NCBI GenBank assembly: GCA_048938105.1
Contig: JBHLMN010000001.1
Coordinates: 96,001-160,000, forward strand
Reading direction: 5' to 3'
Length of the DNA: 64,000 nucleotides
From: Promethearchaeota archaeon
GTDB lineage: Archaea; Asgardarchaeota; Heimdallarchaeia; Hodarchaeales; Hodarchaeaceae
Positions 28,889-39,579 of this stretch are shown here, piece after piece. The notes below the pieces were generated by a model. It saw nothing but the letters and a program-made list of their open reading frames with translations, had not been told where the DNA came from and did not search any database. A program made the position numbers and the translations under genes. How positions within the stretch are numbered: position 1 is the first letter of the stretch; every line of letters starts with the position of its first letter.

Positions 28889-28984
28889 AGAACTTTGTAG
28901 TCATATAGGGCCTCTAGAAGGAGATTTATAAAGATTATTTCTGAGAGATAAAGATCATTATTGGGTTCTGCATAGTCTTAGACA

Positions 28985-29389
28985 TTACTCTTGTTCTGGT
29001 GTAAGTTCAAGCTTTGCTTCTATATTATCCAATCGTTTATGGAGTTTTTGGAGGGAACTTATGATTATGGCTAATTTTCGGTCTAATTCCGTGGCTTCCC
29101 CACCCAGCTCGAATTCTTGTGGTAGCAGAACCTTTCCTTCACCTAATCCCGATTGTTTGTAGAGATCACCTGCAACTTGGCTTAAAGCTGCTTCCGTGAT
29201 TTGATGTTCAATATCAGCTTCAGTACAGGCGAGTTTGAGTGCACTTCGTATGGATGCATCAGTTACATTCCCTGTAATATCAATAGTTGTGATAGAATCA
29301 CCACGAAAAATCAGCTCTATAACATTAGCTCCAGATTTTTTTGACAAACGGGCACGAAAAGCCATTCCTGGTATCGAAACTTCTGGCAT
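28985..29389 (-). CDS. Hypothetical protein with C-terminal coiled coil
   Basis: AGGAGG upstream of the ATG; heptad-like tail LDRKLAIIISSLQKLHKRLDNIEAKL. Confidence 0.75.
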   Translation of the reverse strand: MPEVSIPGMAFRARLSKKSGANVIELIFRGDSITTIDITGNVTDASIRSALKLACTEADIEHQITEAALSQVAGDLYKQSGLGEGKVLLPQEFELGGEATELDRKLAIIISSLQKLHKRLDNIEAKLELTPEQE

Positions 29390-29569
29390 TTACGGTTTCC
29401 TCCTAATTTGGTATTTTTTATTTAATAAAAGAGATCGAGTTTAAGGTCTTAATGATATCTTTTAAATTTAGAGGAATAGATGAATCATTAATCTACTCAA
29501 ACTTTTGAAGGATAGAGCTTGAAGCTTTTCACAACCAGGGATTGATTGAAAAAGTCGCTTATTACACCA

Positions 29570-29956
29570 TTATCCGAACAGATCACGAAATCCCCGTCGT
29601 ACTGAATCTAGAAATGAAAGCCCCTGGAGCATTAACCGTTGTACTTCTAAAAGATAACGTCTACGTGCTAATGTTTCTTGAAAAACAAAATAAGATACAA
29701 TGAAATCAGCAGCAGCAGCCACTCCTATTAATATACGTACAATACTAAGGTCTTCACTTGTATCAAGTAAAAACAGAATGATAGACACCCCAACCATGAG
29801 GACTCCTGCAGAAACTGCCAAAATGGTGACAAATAACCATATATGATATTGACGTTCTAATTGAGTTACTTCTCCTCGTCCTGAATCAAGAATTTTCCGA
29901 ATACTAGGTGGTATTGCTGACGTGATGGTAGATCCCTCAATTAAATTTATGTCCAC
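29570..29956 (-). CDS. Small 2-TM membrane protein
   Basis: Two hydrophobic helices; overlaps the end of the upstream ATPase gene. Confidence 0.65.
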   Translation of the reverse strand: MDINLIEGSTITSAIPPSIRKILDSGRGEVTQLERQYHIWLFVTILAVSAGVLMVGVSIILFLLDTSEDLSIVRILIGVAAAADFIVSYFVFQETLARRRYLLEVQRLMLQGLSFLDSVRRGFRDLFG

Positions 29957-30896
29957 AATGGATACAATAAATTACCTGTTGAGGAACAGACTGAGAGCAA
30001 GCAGGGCACTTTTTTTCTGCTATCTCGATTGGTTCCTCTGTTACTACTGGTGGAGACTTCACAGAGCTAGGATATAATTTTAGGTGATCACCTTTTGAGG
30101 AAACACGAAATTCTACTAATCGTTCTAACCCTACTTGTCGCCTAAGTTCCTCTGGGATGGTGATATGGCCTTTGACACTGATTTCATATAATTCTTCTGC
30201 TGAAGTATCATCCCTTAGCCGTTGTGTTAATACTGATCCGTCTTTGATTCGTAAAATTCTATCTGCTTGGGATGCAATCTGTTCATTATGAGTAACTACT
30301 AGCATTGCTAAACCTCGTTCCTGATTTAAATCCTTAAGAAAGCCCATCACTTCCTGCGAGGTTGTAGTATCTAATTCTCCTGTGATTTCATCCCCTAATA
30401 GAATTTCAGGGTCATTCGCTAAAGCACAAGCTATTGCTGCTCGCTGCAACTCACCACCAGATAATTGAGCTGGTTTATGCTTTCGTCTATCTTTCAATCC
30501 CACAGCACTTAACAATTCTAGGGTTCGTTTCTTCGGATCTCTCCTTCCCGCAAGTTTCATTGGAAGCATAACGTTTTCCTGAAGTGTCAACATTGGAACC
30601 AAATTTGAGATTTGAAAGACAAATCCAATGTGTTCGCGTCGAAATTGGACTAGTTGATTGGTATGTAGTGAGGTAATGGTGGTTCCTCGGATAAAAATCG
30701 TTCCTGCAGTCGGTCGTATTAAACCACCGAGTACAGAAATCAAAGTAGTTTTTCCTGACCCAGAAGGACCAATTATCGAAACAAATTCTCCAGTATGAAG
30801 CTCAACATTGACTCCCCGCAAAGCTACGACATCTGTTCTCTGCTCTTTTCCTTCATAAATCTTAAAAACATCATGTGCTGCCAGTGCTATTGTCAA
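29937..30896 (-). CDS. LolD/MacB-type ABC ATPase with C-terminal AbrB-like domain and zinc ribbon
   Basis: GPSGSGKTT, LSGGELQR, GDEITGELD; ISVKGHITIPEELRRQVGL; CPAC...CIHCG. Confidence 0.9.
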   Translation of the reverse strand: MTIALAAHDVFKIYEGKEQRTDVVALRGVNVELHTGEFVSIIGPSGSGKTTLISVLGGLIRPTAGTIFIRGTTITSLHTNQLVQFRREHIGFVFQISNLVPMLTLQENVMLPMKLAGRRDPKKRTLELLSAVGLKDRRKHKPAQLSGGELQRAAIACALANDPEILLGDEITGELDTTTSQEVMGFLKDLNQERGLAMLVVTHNEQIASQADRILRIKDGSVLTQRLRDDTSAEELYEISVKGHITIPEELRRQVGLERLVEFRVSSKGDHLKLYPSSVKSPPVVTEEPIEIAEKKCPACSQSVPQQVIYCIHCGHKFN

Positions 30897-30908
30897 TATC
30901 CTTTCACC

Positions 30909-33683
30909 TCATATTGTTCGTAAAACCTCACTCACACTAGTCTTTTTGATTTCCCAAAGGCTGATAATTACTGCTATTATTATTCCTAGAACGACACATC
31001 CTAATAATATTCCAAAACCAGTAACAGAGAAAATTACAGGGCTTGCAATTGATCCTGGTTCAGCACGAAAGCCTCTAAATAGAATAGTAACAATTAAACC
31101 GATAATCGTTCCTGCTAGAATTGAGAAAGTACCCGCGGTAATCGCTTCACCAATAATAAATGTTCCTACTTGGTTATTGGTCGCTCCTAGGGCAATCAAT
31201 GTTCCAACTTCCCGCTTTCTTTTTTGAATCGCGGTTAAGAGAAAAATACCTGAGCCTATACATGCAATAATAATAACTACAACAAACTCAATACTTAACA
31301 CTCCATTGAAATTAGCTATCCCTGGTTCTTCGATTGTTGATAGAATTTCTGAGGAAGTCGTAATATCAAGACTTTTCCCATAAACATCAATTAATTGAGC
31401 TTGTAGCTCTAAAGGATCAATTTGGGTGTTAATCAAGAAAAAAGACGCATTTCGAGACCCAAAAAAGGTTTCAAATGTGTCTGAACTTGTTACAATGAAA
31501 TAATTGCCAGAACTCGAAGTTCCAGTGGAAACGGTCAGTCCTATTCCATATAATATTTGACTACCTATTGTTGGGAAGTTATAGGCAATATCACTCACAA
31601 TAAGCCCTGAATCAGCTAAAGAACTCGCAATGTCATAATCAAAATCTAGGGCAAAATCATTACTAATTATACAATTATTTTGAATTAACAGATTGGAAAA
31701 CACTTCTTCAATTCTAGAATCGACAAAAAACTGATCACGAAGGAAAGCTACTTTATAGAAATTATTATCGACACCCAAGATGGGGACTTGTGTTCCACCA
31801 AATATTATGTTGTCCTTATAAACAGCAGATGTGATTGCATTTGAATCAATTGACTGTATACTATTATCAAGCTCTGTTATTGATAAAGGAAGAATGGATT
31901 TAACTTGAACATCCGCTCCAGAAGCAAATTGTGCTTGAGAGACATTTGTCAAATGGTCTGTATGCGCGGTAGTACTAACCATGATCCCAAATGAAAATGT
32001 TAGAGCTAGAATAATAATAGCTTTACTAAGGCTTTCAGGGCGTCGAGTTACTGATTTAGCCACTACTTCTCCAAGTGAAAATATTACAGTAAACCCCTGA
32101 ATTAATATATTCTCTGTTTTTAGGATCAAATGTGAACCAATACGAGCTATCAAAAGAATGGATCCCAACCAAAATAAAGAAGGAGTCACTGCAGCCAAAA
32201 TTGCAAATAGTAATCCCCCGCTTTCGATATCGAAATCGAATCCTATTTGTAATGCTAATAATAACAACCCCAGCATTGTAAATACGACATCCAAATAGAC
32301 ACGCTTCCAAAGTGATGCTTTTTGAGAACGCTCTTCTTTCATCCCCTCTAAAAAGTCTTGATCCTTGATTAGACGTCGTGCAGGAAGATAAGCGGAAATC
32401 AGGGCTAGAACAATGCTGATAATTGCCAATAATGAAACATTCGTAATATTCATTGAAGAAAATGTGAAATCAAAATCTATCAATAAAGGATCGATGGTGA
32501 GAAACTGAGGAGTCCACAACATAACTTGAGATACCAATTCACCACAAATAATCCCTAAAGATGTTGCTATTAAAGCAATCACTAAGACTTCTGATAATAT
32601 CATCCTAAGAACTTGCCCTGAAGAAGCTCCCCGACTCTGCAAAGTAGTGATTTCTATACTTCTCATTTCCATAGATGTTTCAACAGAATATTTTTGAAGA
32701 TATAATGCTAGAATGATTGCAGGAAGTGATAGAAACAATAAGAACATTTGGAAAATTAGCATCACGATCCGAAGGATTAAAACTGATAATCCAATATTAT
32801 CTTGGGCATAAACTTGACCCCCAAATTTAACTAAAACTTTATTGGAAAATGCAGTGGTTTTTCCACCAGCAGCATCAGGATTACTGGGAAGAACACTATG
32901 ATTAAATTTTATATGGAGCTGTTCCTTATAATCATACCCTTGGAGTGCTCCCCATCTCTGGAAAAGAGTATCACGCCAGTCCAAAAGATTCCAAATAGGT
33001 AGAATAATCATCCCCACTTCTTTATTGAACATAGATAGTCCTAGAAAACTAGAAGTATCTCTAATTTGGTAGATACCTGCAATACGACAAATTTGGGTAT
33101 AGTTCTTCAATGAACCCGTCATATTCAAGAAATCAGGACCTGTTTTTGTGACATTAACGGTATCATTCACAGATAACCCTAATTTCAGAGCATTTCTTTC
33201 ATCTATCAAAATGGGAAAGATCTGCATATTTTTAGAGATTGAATCATTAAAAATCCCCTCGCTTATGTTAAAAACGTGAAACGTATCCAAATAGCTCGAT
33301 TCAATTCCTATAAAACCAGTGGAAATCTCGCTATCGCTTTTCGCTTTTACTTGAATCTTCTCAGACAGGCTAATGAAGTACTCGGAAGCTGAGACTAGTG
33401 ATTGATTCTCTAACCAAATATCGATCTCTGTTATATTATAAGTGACTTCTGGAAGCTCAACCCCAAAACTAAACGCTGACAGATCAAAAGAACTAACAGT
33501 CATATCTACTTCGATATCATCTAGAGCATCGTTGAGGAATTTAATGGCAGCTGTTTCATTATAGAAAACAACAGCAGAAATAATGGTAACGGCTAAAAAA
33601 ATACCAAAAGCATTTTGTAAGGTTCGTTTTTTATTTCTAAAAAGGGATTTGAATGCGTATGGAAGGGAGAGCATCCTTTGCAC
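30909..33683 (-). CDS. FtsX/MacB-family ABC transporter permease
   Basis: RNKKRT at the N-terminus, EITTLQSRGAS and KRKREVGTLIALGA motifs. Confidence 0.9.
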   Translation of the reverse strand: MQRMLSLPYAFKSLFRNKKRTLQNAFGIFLAVTIISAVVFYNETAAIKFLNDALDDIEVDMTVSSFDLSAFSFGVELPEVTYNITEIDIWLENQSLVSASEYFISLSEKIQVKAKSDSEISTGFIGIESSYLDTFHVFNISEGIFNDSISKNMQIFPILIDERNALKLGLSVNDTVNVTKTGPDFLNMTGSLKNYTQICRIAGIYQIRDTSSFLGLSMFNKEVGMIILPIWNLLDWRDTLFQRWGALQGYDYKEQLHIKFNHSVLPSNPDAAGGKTTAFSNKVLVKFGGQVYAQDNIGLSVLILRIVMLIFQMFLLFLSLPAIILALYLQKYSVETSMEMRSIEITTLQSRGASSGQVLRMILSEVLVIALIATSLGIICGELVSQVMLWTPQFLTIDPLLIDFDFTFSSMNITNVSLLAIISIVLALISAYLPARRLIKDQDFLEGMKEERSQKASLWKRVYLDVVFTMLGLLLLALQIGFDFDIESGGLLFAILAAVTPSLFWLGSILLIARIGSHLILKTENILIQGFTVIFSLGEVVAKSVTRRPESLSKAIIILALTFSFGIMVSTTAHTDHLTNVSQAQFASGADVQVKSILPLSITELDNSIQSIDSNAITSAVYKDNIIFGGTQVPILGVDNNFYKVAFLRDQFFVDSRIEEVFSNLLIQNNCIISNDFALDFDYDIASSLADSGLIVSDIAYNFPTIGSQILYGIGLTVSTGTSSSGNYFIVTSSDTFETFFGSRNASFFLINTQIDPLELQAQLIDVYGKSLDITTSSEILSTIEEPGIANFNGVLSIEFVVVIIIACIGSGIFLLTAIQKRKREVGTLIALGATNNQVGTFIIGEAITAGTFSILAGTIIGLIVTILFRGFRAEPGSIASPVIFSVTGFGILLGCVVLGIIIAVIISLWEIKKTSVSEVLRTI

Positions 33684-33797
33684 CGTTTAAGTACAGATTT
33701 TATTTGTTTTTAAATCTCAACATGTAGGAATGAAGTGCTTTATTAGGAATTTAATGAGTTCTATTCAGCCTAAATCAATATAATACTTTTAAAAATT

Positions 33798-34706
33798 TCA
33801 ACCAAGTATAATCAGCAAGAGAGAAATAGTTACAATCCCCAATGGAATACAAAATGAAAGGATGTTTGCTGCAAACTCTTTATCCAGCTCTTCAAGCGAA
33901 GCAAAAGTTAAAGTATTAAAACCCACTGGAGCTGCAGAACTAATAATTATTATTTTACTGGTAAGGTCATCATACCCAAACAAGAAACTAAAAATGATTC
34001 CCAATAATAACCCCAACCCCATTCGAATTATAATTACCTCAAGAACGTGAAGAATCTTCTCTAATTTTGGATTAAAATAAATACCTATTGATAACATAAG
34101 GAGTGGAGTCAATAAGCCACCTAGTAGTTCTAATAGATAACTAAAACTGGGATCATAAGAAAAACCAGAAAAATTAATCGCAATGCCTATAATCAATGCT
34201 ATTAATGGTGGGGATGTTAACAACTTCTTATTAAAGAAAGAAATTTTCCTATCGCCGTTACTCGATCCATATTTCTGAGCTATATAATATGTTAGTGACA
34301 GAGTCAAAATTATATTGCCTATATCAAAAAAAGATGCTCGCGCAAATCCTTCCTGTCCATAAGCTCCTAGAACGAATGGAACATTAAATCCTAAGTTCAT
34401 TATCATGGTTCCAACTAATAAGACCCCTTTGGTCCTCTCTTCCAAATTTAATACACTGGTTAATAGACTAGTAACCATGAAAGTTATGATAATTATTAAA
34501 GAAGCAATTATAGGTAAGAAAATAAAATTAACAGTGATTTCTACATTTGGGATGGTATCAAGTATTAATGCAGGTAATGAAATGTAAAAAACAATTTTCA
34601 AAAAAACATCAGCATCTTCTTTCTTTATAAGGGTGGTAGATCTAAGCAATACACCTAGAAAGATGAGGATAATTATAGAAAAAATGATTGGGAAAATTTC
34701 GTTCAT
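33798..34706 (-). CDS. AEC (auxin efflux carrier) family transporter
   Basis: VFYISLPALI, NLGFNVP, SPPLIA, PLLMLSIG, AAPVG motifs; about 10 TMs. Confidence 0.88.
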   Translation of the reverse strand: MNEIFPIIFSIIILIFLGVLLRSTTLIKKEDADVFLKIVFYISLPALILDTIPNVEITVNFIFLPIIASLIIIITFMVTSLLTSVLNLEERTKGVLLVGTMIMNLGFNVPFVLGAYGQEGFARASFFDIGNIILTLSLTYYIAQKYGSSNGDRKISFFNKKLLTSPPLIALIIGIAINFSGFSYDPSFSYLLELLGGLLTPLLMLSIGIYFNPKLEKILHVLEVIIIRMGLGLLLGIIFSFLFGYDDLTSKIIIISSAAPVGFNTLTFASLEELDKEFAANILSFCIPLGIVTISLLLIILG

Positions 34707-34742
34707 ATAAATGCATTTAATGTAAATAGATGAAGAATCTTT

Positions 34743-35555
34743 CTAATTTCCTTGCATAATTTTAGCTTTTGAATCAAGACTCGGTAAAATGTATTTTAAT
34801 CCTGATGATTCATCTTGTCCGACTATTACTTCAACTCCATAGGTATCTAAGATGAATTTTTCAACAATTACTTCTTTGGGTGAACCAATGGCTTTAATTT
34901 CGCCATCTTTTAAAATAATAAGATCATCACAATATTGTGCAGCTAGGGCAAGGTCATGAAGAACAACAATCACTACAATTCCTTTGTCACGGCTGATTTC
35001 CTTACATAAATCCATAATCTTGTATTGCATGTTAATATCAAGATGAAGAGTTGGTTCATCAAGACAAAAAATCTGTGGATCTTGTGCTAGTGCGAGTGCA
35101 ATTGTCACAAGTTGTTTCTCACCACCACTAAGCTCACCAACATCCCTCTTAGCTAGGTGAGAAATACCTACCCGCTCAAGTGTAGAATTAACAACTCGAT
35201 AATCTTTTTTTGATTCGCGTTGGAATACCCCTAGATGTGGGTATCTTCCTAATAGCACGGTCTCAAGAACTGTGAATCCTGTGGTAAGACTAGTGAGCTG
35301 AGGAACCACAGAAAGAACTTTTGCAAGTTCTTTGTTCTTAAAAATACGAGTGTCTTTACCATCAATATAAATGACTCCTTGGTTCGGTTTCAAAATGTTT
35401 GCGATACACCGTAATAAGGTCGTCTTTCCTGATCCATTTGGGCCAATAATACCAGTAATTCCTCTTTGTTTTGCTTCAAAGGTCACATCGTTAAGTACAC
35501 TAATATTTTCATAACTAAAAGACAGGTTTTCAACTTTTAAACCCATAATTTTCAC
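34743..35555 (-). CDS. Cobalamin/iron-chelate ABC transporter ATPase (BtuD/FecE-like)
   Basis: GPNGSGKTT, LGRYPH, LSGGEKQ, LDEPTLHLD, VLHDL. Confidence 0.9.
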   Translation of the reverse strand: MKIMGLKVENLSFSYENISVLNDVTFEAKQRGITGIIGPNGSGKTTLLRCIANILKPNQGVIYIDGKDTRIFKNKELAKVLSVVPQLTSLTTGFTVLETVLLGRYPHLGVFQRESKKDYRVVNSTLERVGISHLAKRDVGELSGGEKQLVTIALALAQDPQIFCLDEPTLHLDINMQYKIMDLCKEISRDKGIVVIVVLHDLALAAQYCDDLIILKDGEIKAIGSPKEVIVEKFILDTYGVEVIVGQDESSGLKYILPSLDSKAKIMQGN

Positions 35556-35560
35556 CTATT

Positions 35561-36709
35561 TTAAAATCCTATCTTCCTTTGTTTTCGTAACAAGTACAAG
35601 AAAAAGGGAGTACCACAGAGAGCAGTAATTATCCCAACAGGTAACTCAATTGGGTAAATAACTGTTTTCGCGACAATATCAGCCATAATCAAAAAACTAG
35701 CTCCAATTAGAGAGGAAGTAGGAAGTAAAATTCTATGATCAGGGCCAGTAACCAATCGAATTAAATGTGGAATAATTAGTCCCACAAAGCCTATTACACC
35801 AGTAAATGCTACTGAAACACCAGTGATTAAAGACGCCAATACAAGTAATATTTTTTGGACTTTTTGAACATCAAGTCCTCGATATTGAGCGGTTTCTTCT
35901 CCTAACAGTAATAGATTCAGTGGTCTCGAAAAAATTAGACAGATAACACATGAAGGGATAATGATCACAGCAGCAATCATCACAGATTCCCAATCACCCT
36001 CGACTAAGGATAAGCCCCCCATCAACCAGAATATTATTGGTCTCAAATGCTGTCCAGAAATATACGTCAAAAAAGAGGTTATTGCTGCCATAAAAGATCC
36101 CACGGCGATACCTGATAATAGTAAAGTGTCGATTCTAACCATCCCACGAATATTAGAAATATAATACACAAGAATAATAGTTAGAAGTGCCCCACCAAAA
36201 GCAAAAACAGGAAGGGTGTATCCAGCGAGAAAACCTATAGTACCACCAGCAATAATAGCTATGGACGCACCAACGGAAGCACCAGAAGCTAACCCAAGAA
36301 TATATGGGTCAGCCATAGGATTTCTGAAAAGTGCTTGCATAATAGTGCCTGCAACTGCTAGTGCCATACCAGCTAATGCACCCATTAAAATTCTGGGAAA
36401 CCTAAAATCCCATATAATGACTTTTTGAATCGAGTTTTCTTCTTGGACTGGAAATCCCAATATTTGCAGGATTAATTGATAGCTATTCTTGATGATTTGT
36501 TGGATAATATCAGAAACAGAAAGTAATCTTGTGCTTGGAGGGCCGATTGGTCCTGCGGATCCAAACATGAGAGCAAAGAATGCACTAATTACAAGTACAA
36601 GTACACTAATAATTAATATCAAACCCCATAATAATTTCTTTTTATGGTAAAATTCATACACATCAATTTGATTTTGTGTATCGTTAGGATTTGGGACGAT
36701 GGAGGACAT
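35561..36709 (-). CDS. Cobalamin/iron-chelate ABC transporter permease (BtuC/FecCD)
   Basis: RFPRIL, QALFRNPMADPYILG, GVIGFVGLIIPH, ELPVGIITA. Confidence 0.93.
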   Translation of the reverse strand: MSSIVPNPNDTQNQIDVYEFYHKKKLLWGLILIISVLVLVISAFFALMFGSAGPIGPPSTRLLSVSDIIQQIIKNSYQLILQILGFPVQEENSIQKVIIWDFRFPRILMGALAGMALAVAGTIMQALFRNPMADPYILGLASGASVGASIAIIAGGTIGFLAGYTLPVFAFGGALLTIILVYYISNIRGMVRIDTLLLSGIAVGSFMAAITSFLTYISGQHLRPIIFWLMGGLSLVEGDWESVMIAAVIIIPSCVICLIFSRPLNLLLLGEETAQYRGLDVQKVQKILLVLASLITGVSVAFTGVIGFVGLIIPHLIRLVTGPDHRILLPTSSLIGASFLIMADIVAKTVIYPIELPVGIITALCGTPFFLYLLRKQRKIGF

Positions 36710-36734
36710 CTTTCATTAAACACCCTTTTTATAC

Positions 36735-37886
36735 TTAAGGACGACGTTTAACCGCTATAAAAACAGAAATTGGTATCATTAAAAGAACCCAACACCATTC
36801 AAAGGCAGGTGTGACACTTTGGTCACTATCAGGTGTGACACTTTGGTCACTATCACTAGGGGAGGCTACTAGTTTGACCTTTGAATGGATTTCTTCTAGA
36901 GCTTTTACTATCCTTGGTCCACCTCTTGAGATCCAATCTTCATTAATAGGATAGATATTTCCATTTTTAACAGCATTAATGATATTCCAACCTTTTCTGT
37001 TACCAATCGTAGATACATTCGTGGTTGTCCACGGACCCTTTGCATAAAAAATAATATCAGGATTTTGAGTTATTACAAACTCATCATCAATTTGTGGATA
37101 AGGATTTGTTGCATTTTCAGCAATATTAATACCTCCTGCTAGTTCAATCAAATTATGGCCGTAAGTACCTTTTCCGAACGTAAACAATGGTTCAGAGAAA
37201 TACTCGATGTATATTTTTGGTTTAAAAGTAAGCGTAGTTGCATTGTGCTTAATTCCATCAATCTGTTCTTGAAGTGAATTCTTAAGAATATTTGCTTCTG
37301 ATTCGTGGTTAGTAATAAGTCCTACGACTTCAATGTCCTCTAGGACGTCTTCTACATTAAAGGGAGCCAAAATGAAAACTGTATAACCTTGATTTTCCAA
37401 CTTTTCCACATCATCTGAACTTGTGATATCTGCTCCAAAAATCAAGTCAGGCTCAAGAGCCATGATTTTTTCGATATCAAGAGTGGGATAGTTCCCAATT
37501 TTAGGTAAAATTGTAGTTTCATTTGGATAATTACTGTTAGGGTCAACAGCAATTAGTTTATCACCCGCTCCCACGGCGTAGATCACTTCAGTGACACTAG
37601 GAGCAATACTAATGATATCTTGGGGTTCCTTTACAATGGTTACATTACGATCATGGCCATCAATAAGGGAAAAGGGGTAAGACACCTGGTCACATTTATT
37701 TTTTACTATGTATGAGTCTGTTTGAGCGGAGGTGGTAATTTTATTCGATAATATTTGATTTACAATATTCAATTTAAGAATAAATACACAAAATAAAGAG
37801 AATAGAAATATAACAATTATTAGTCGTTTTTTGTATAACATACAAATGTTCACCAAGTTACTAATCAATCTAAAATTAAGAAACAC
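36735..37886 (-). CDS. Cobalamin/iron-chelate substrate-binding protein (BtuF-like), C-terminally anchored
   Basis: IISIAPSVTEVIYAVG, EKIMALEPDLI, NAVKNG, RGGPRI; TPAF, TM and KRR tail. The true start may be ATG 37841. Confidence 0.9.
   Translation of the reverse strand: MFLNFRLISNLVNICMLYKKRLIIVIFLFSLFCVFILKLNIVNQILSNKITTSAQTDSYIVKNKCDQVSYPFSLIDGHDRNVTIVKEPQDIISIAPSVTEVIYAVGAGDKLIAVDPNSNYPNETTILPKIGNYPTLDIEKIMALEPDLIFGADITSSDDVEKLENQGYTVFILAPFNVEDVLEDIEVVGLITNHESEANILKNSLQEQIDGIKHNATTLTFKPKIYIEYFSEPLFTFGKGTYGHNLIELAGGINIAENATNPYPQIDDEFVITQNPDIIFYAKGPWTTTNVSTIGNRKGWNIINAVKNGNIYPINEDWISRGGPRIVKALEEIHSKVKLVASPSDSDQSVTPDSDQSVTPAFEWCWVLLMIPISVFIAVKRRP
36806..36855. repeat. Perfect 24-bp tandem duplication (DSDQSVTP x2) in the BtuF-like linker
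   Basis: caggtgtgacactttggtcactat occurs at 36806-36829 and 36830-36853. Confidence 0.95.
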
Positions 37887-38183
37887 TTTCTAAGGTTTTA
37901 TTGGATGATTATCAATTAAATCCTTTTGAGTCTCTGTAATTCTCTTTTAAATTTTAGATATTCTATTTTCGATACTTATAAACCATTTTTATTTTATTAT
38001 TTCACTAATATTTCACTAAAAATATCATTAAATTCTCTAGTCATAATCAATTTATAGGTGTTAGTAACCTATTCTTACATTATTAAAACATGATAAAATT
38101 TAATTAAAATGAATTTAACAATCATAATTCATAATAAATAATAAGATAACAGACTCTTATTTGAAATAAATCTTTATATCATT

Positions 38184-39398
38184 TTAGAATGGGTATGTTA
38201 ACCACCAAATGATATTAAAAAAGAGTCCCCAAATTCCAGCTCCAATAACAAAGATTACAAGAGTAAAAGAGGAAAGATGGTGTTCTCGTAACCAGATTGG
38301 TATCACAGAAAATATTGGAAAAGTATAACTAAGGAATCGTGAGAAATTTCTACCAGAAACTACAACATTAAGACCTAGAAAACCACAGAGATAAATGAAG
38401 AGTAAAGAGATTACATATTCATTAACATCCCTTTTTGACCATTTATATAGAGAAAGAAGAGAAAAAAATCCAAGACCAAATGTAAATACTGCCATCATTA
38501 ATAAAACCAATTGTATATGTGAATTTGACATGATTGCATACTGAAAATATGTTGGCCACCAGAGGAAAGGTAAGGATAATGCACCCTCTGTAGCATATTC
38601 CTGCATGGTCTGATATTTCATGATTTGAGTCGTTAATGGCAACCAAAAATCCCCGCGGTATATCCAAGAAAGAATATAGGAGCTAAATCCTATAATAAAC
38701 ATTATTATTCCAGTTACAGCAACACCAGTAAATAACCTTGGAGATAAATCTCTTTTTTTCCACCACTTCAAAAATAAAACTAGTATAACACCAACAACGA
38801 AGAAAGCACCATTAAATCGTAACGCGAATGTCATAGCTGTTGATATTGTAGCAAAAAAGTATTTTTGGCGCACAAGACACGTCCAGGCAAGCATTTGATA
38901 GAATAAGAACAAGATTTCTGAAGTAGCTAGGAGTAAGTAAGGACTGATGAATATAAAGTCAAATATGAATATCAATACAAGACTTGATCGTGTGTCTAGC
39001 TCAAAAGTTTCAAGAAAAAAACTGTAGAGAAGATATAGTGTTGCTAACGATGCAGAAAACTGGATTATGAATATTGATACAATTATTGCTGTAGATGAAG
39101 GAAGAATTATTGATATAATAATATATAATGAGAAATAATGAAGACTAGTGGCTATCAGGTGATAGGGATACGGGAGATCTGTTGGATGTAAACTATTTTC
39201 AATATATTTCCAGGAATCATTACAATGCAAACAATCCTTCCCTGCATACCATAGATTGTAAATGTTAAGCTGAAAAATCACTAGAGCTAAAATAAATAGT
39301 GTTATAAATAAACAAACATGAAATGTTAATATAATTAGGTATATTTTCGGAATTCTAGAAGAACGGATTGATTTAATTATTTGGGTATATTGATACAC
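38184..39398 (-). CDS. GT-C-type membrane glycosyltransferase-like protein
   Basis: Many TMs; ND..Y in the first loop, SEILFL, LRFNG, late RFL motif, as in PMT/PIG-V-like enzymes. Confidence 0.6.
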   Translation of the reverse strand: MYQYTQIIKSIRSSRIPKIYLIILTFHVCLFITLFILALVIFQLNIYNLWYAGKDCLHCNDSWKYIENSLHPTDLPYPYHLIATSLHYFSLYIIISIILPSSTAIIVSIFIIQFSASLATLYLLYSFFLETFELDTRSSLVLIFIFDFIFISPYLLLATSEILFLFYQMLAWTCLVRQKYFFATISTAMTFALRFNGAFFVVGVILVLFLKWWKKRDLSPRLFTGVAVTGIIMFIIGFSSYILSWIYRGDFWLPLTTQIMKYQTMQEYATEGALSLPFLWWPTYFQYAIMSNSHIQLVLLMMAVFTFGLGFFSLLSLYKWSKRDVNEYVISLLFIYLCGFLGLNVVVSGRNFSRFLSYTFPIFSVIPIWLREHHLSSFTLVIFVIGAGIWGLFFNIIWWLTYPF

Positions 39399-39579
39399 AG
39401 ATGTTGACCAACCAAGAACTTACTTATGAGAATAGGGACTAAGTAATTATCAACAATCCTCATTGAAAAGGGGATATTTAGTTTTAATAATATTAAAAAT
39501 TATTTAATGAGTAATCTACGAAGAATTTTCAAAAGGTTAAAATTTATTTACTAAATTCTAGAAAAAGGTACTGAGTATA

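Noticed and set aside
28713-28904. 63-aa ORF
   Set aside because: Coincides with the intron-containing tRNA-Tyr gene.
37887-38183. Cobalamin riboswitch upstream of the BtuFCD-like operon
   Set aside because: The region is extremely AT-rich, with no B12-box or GC stems.
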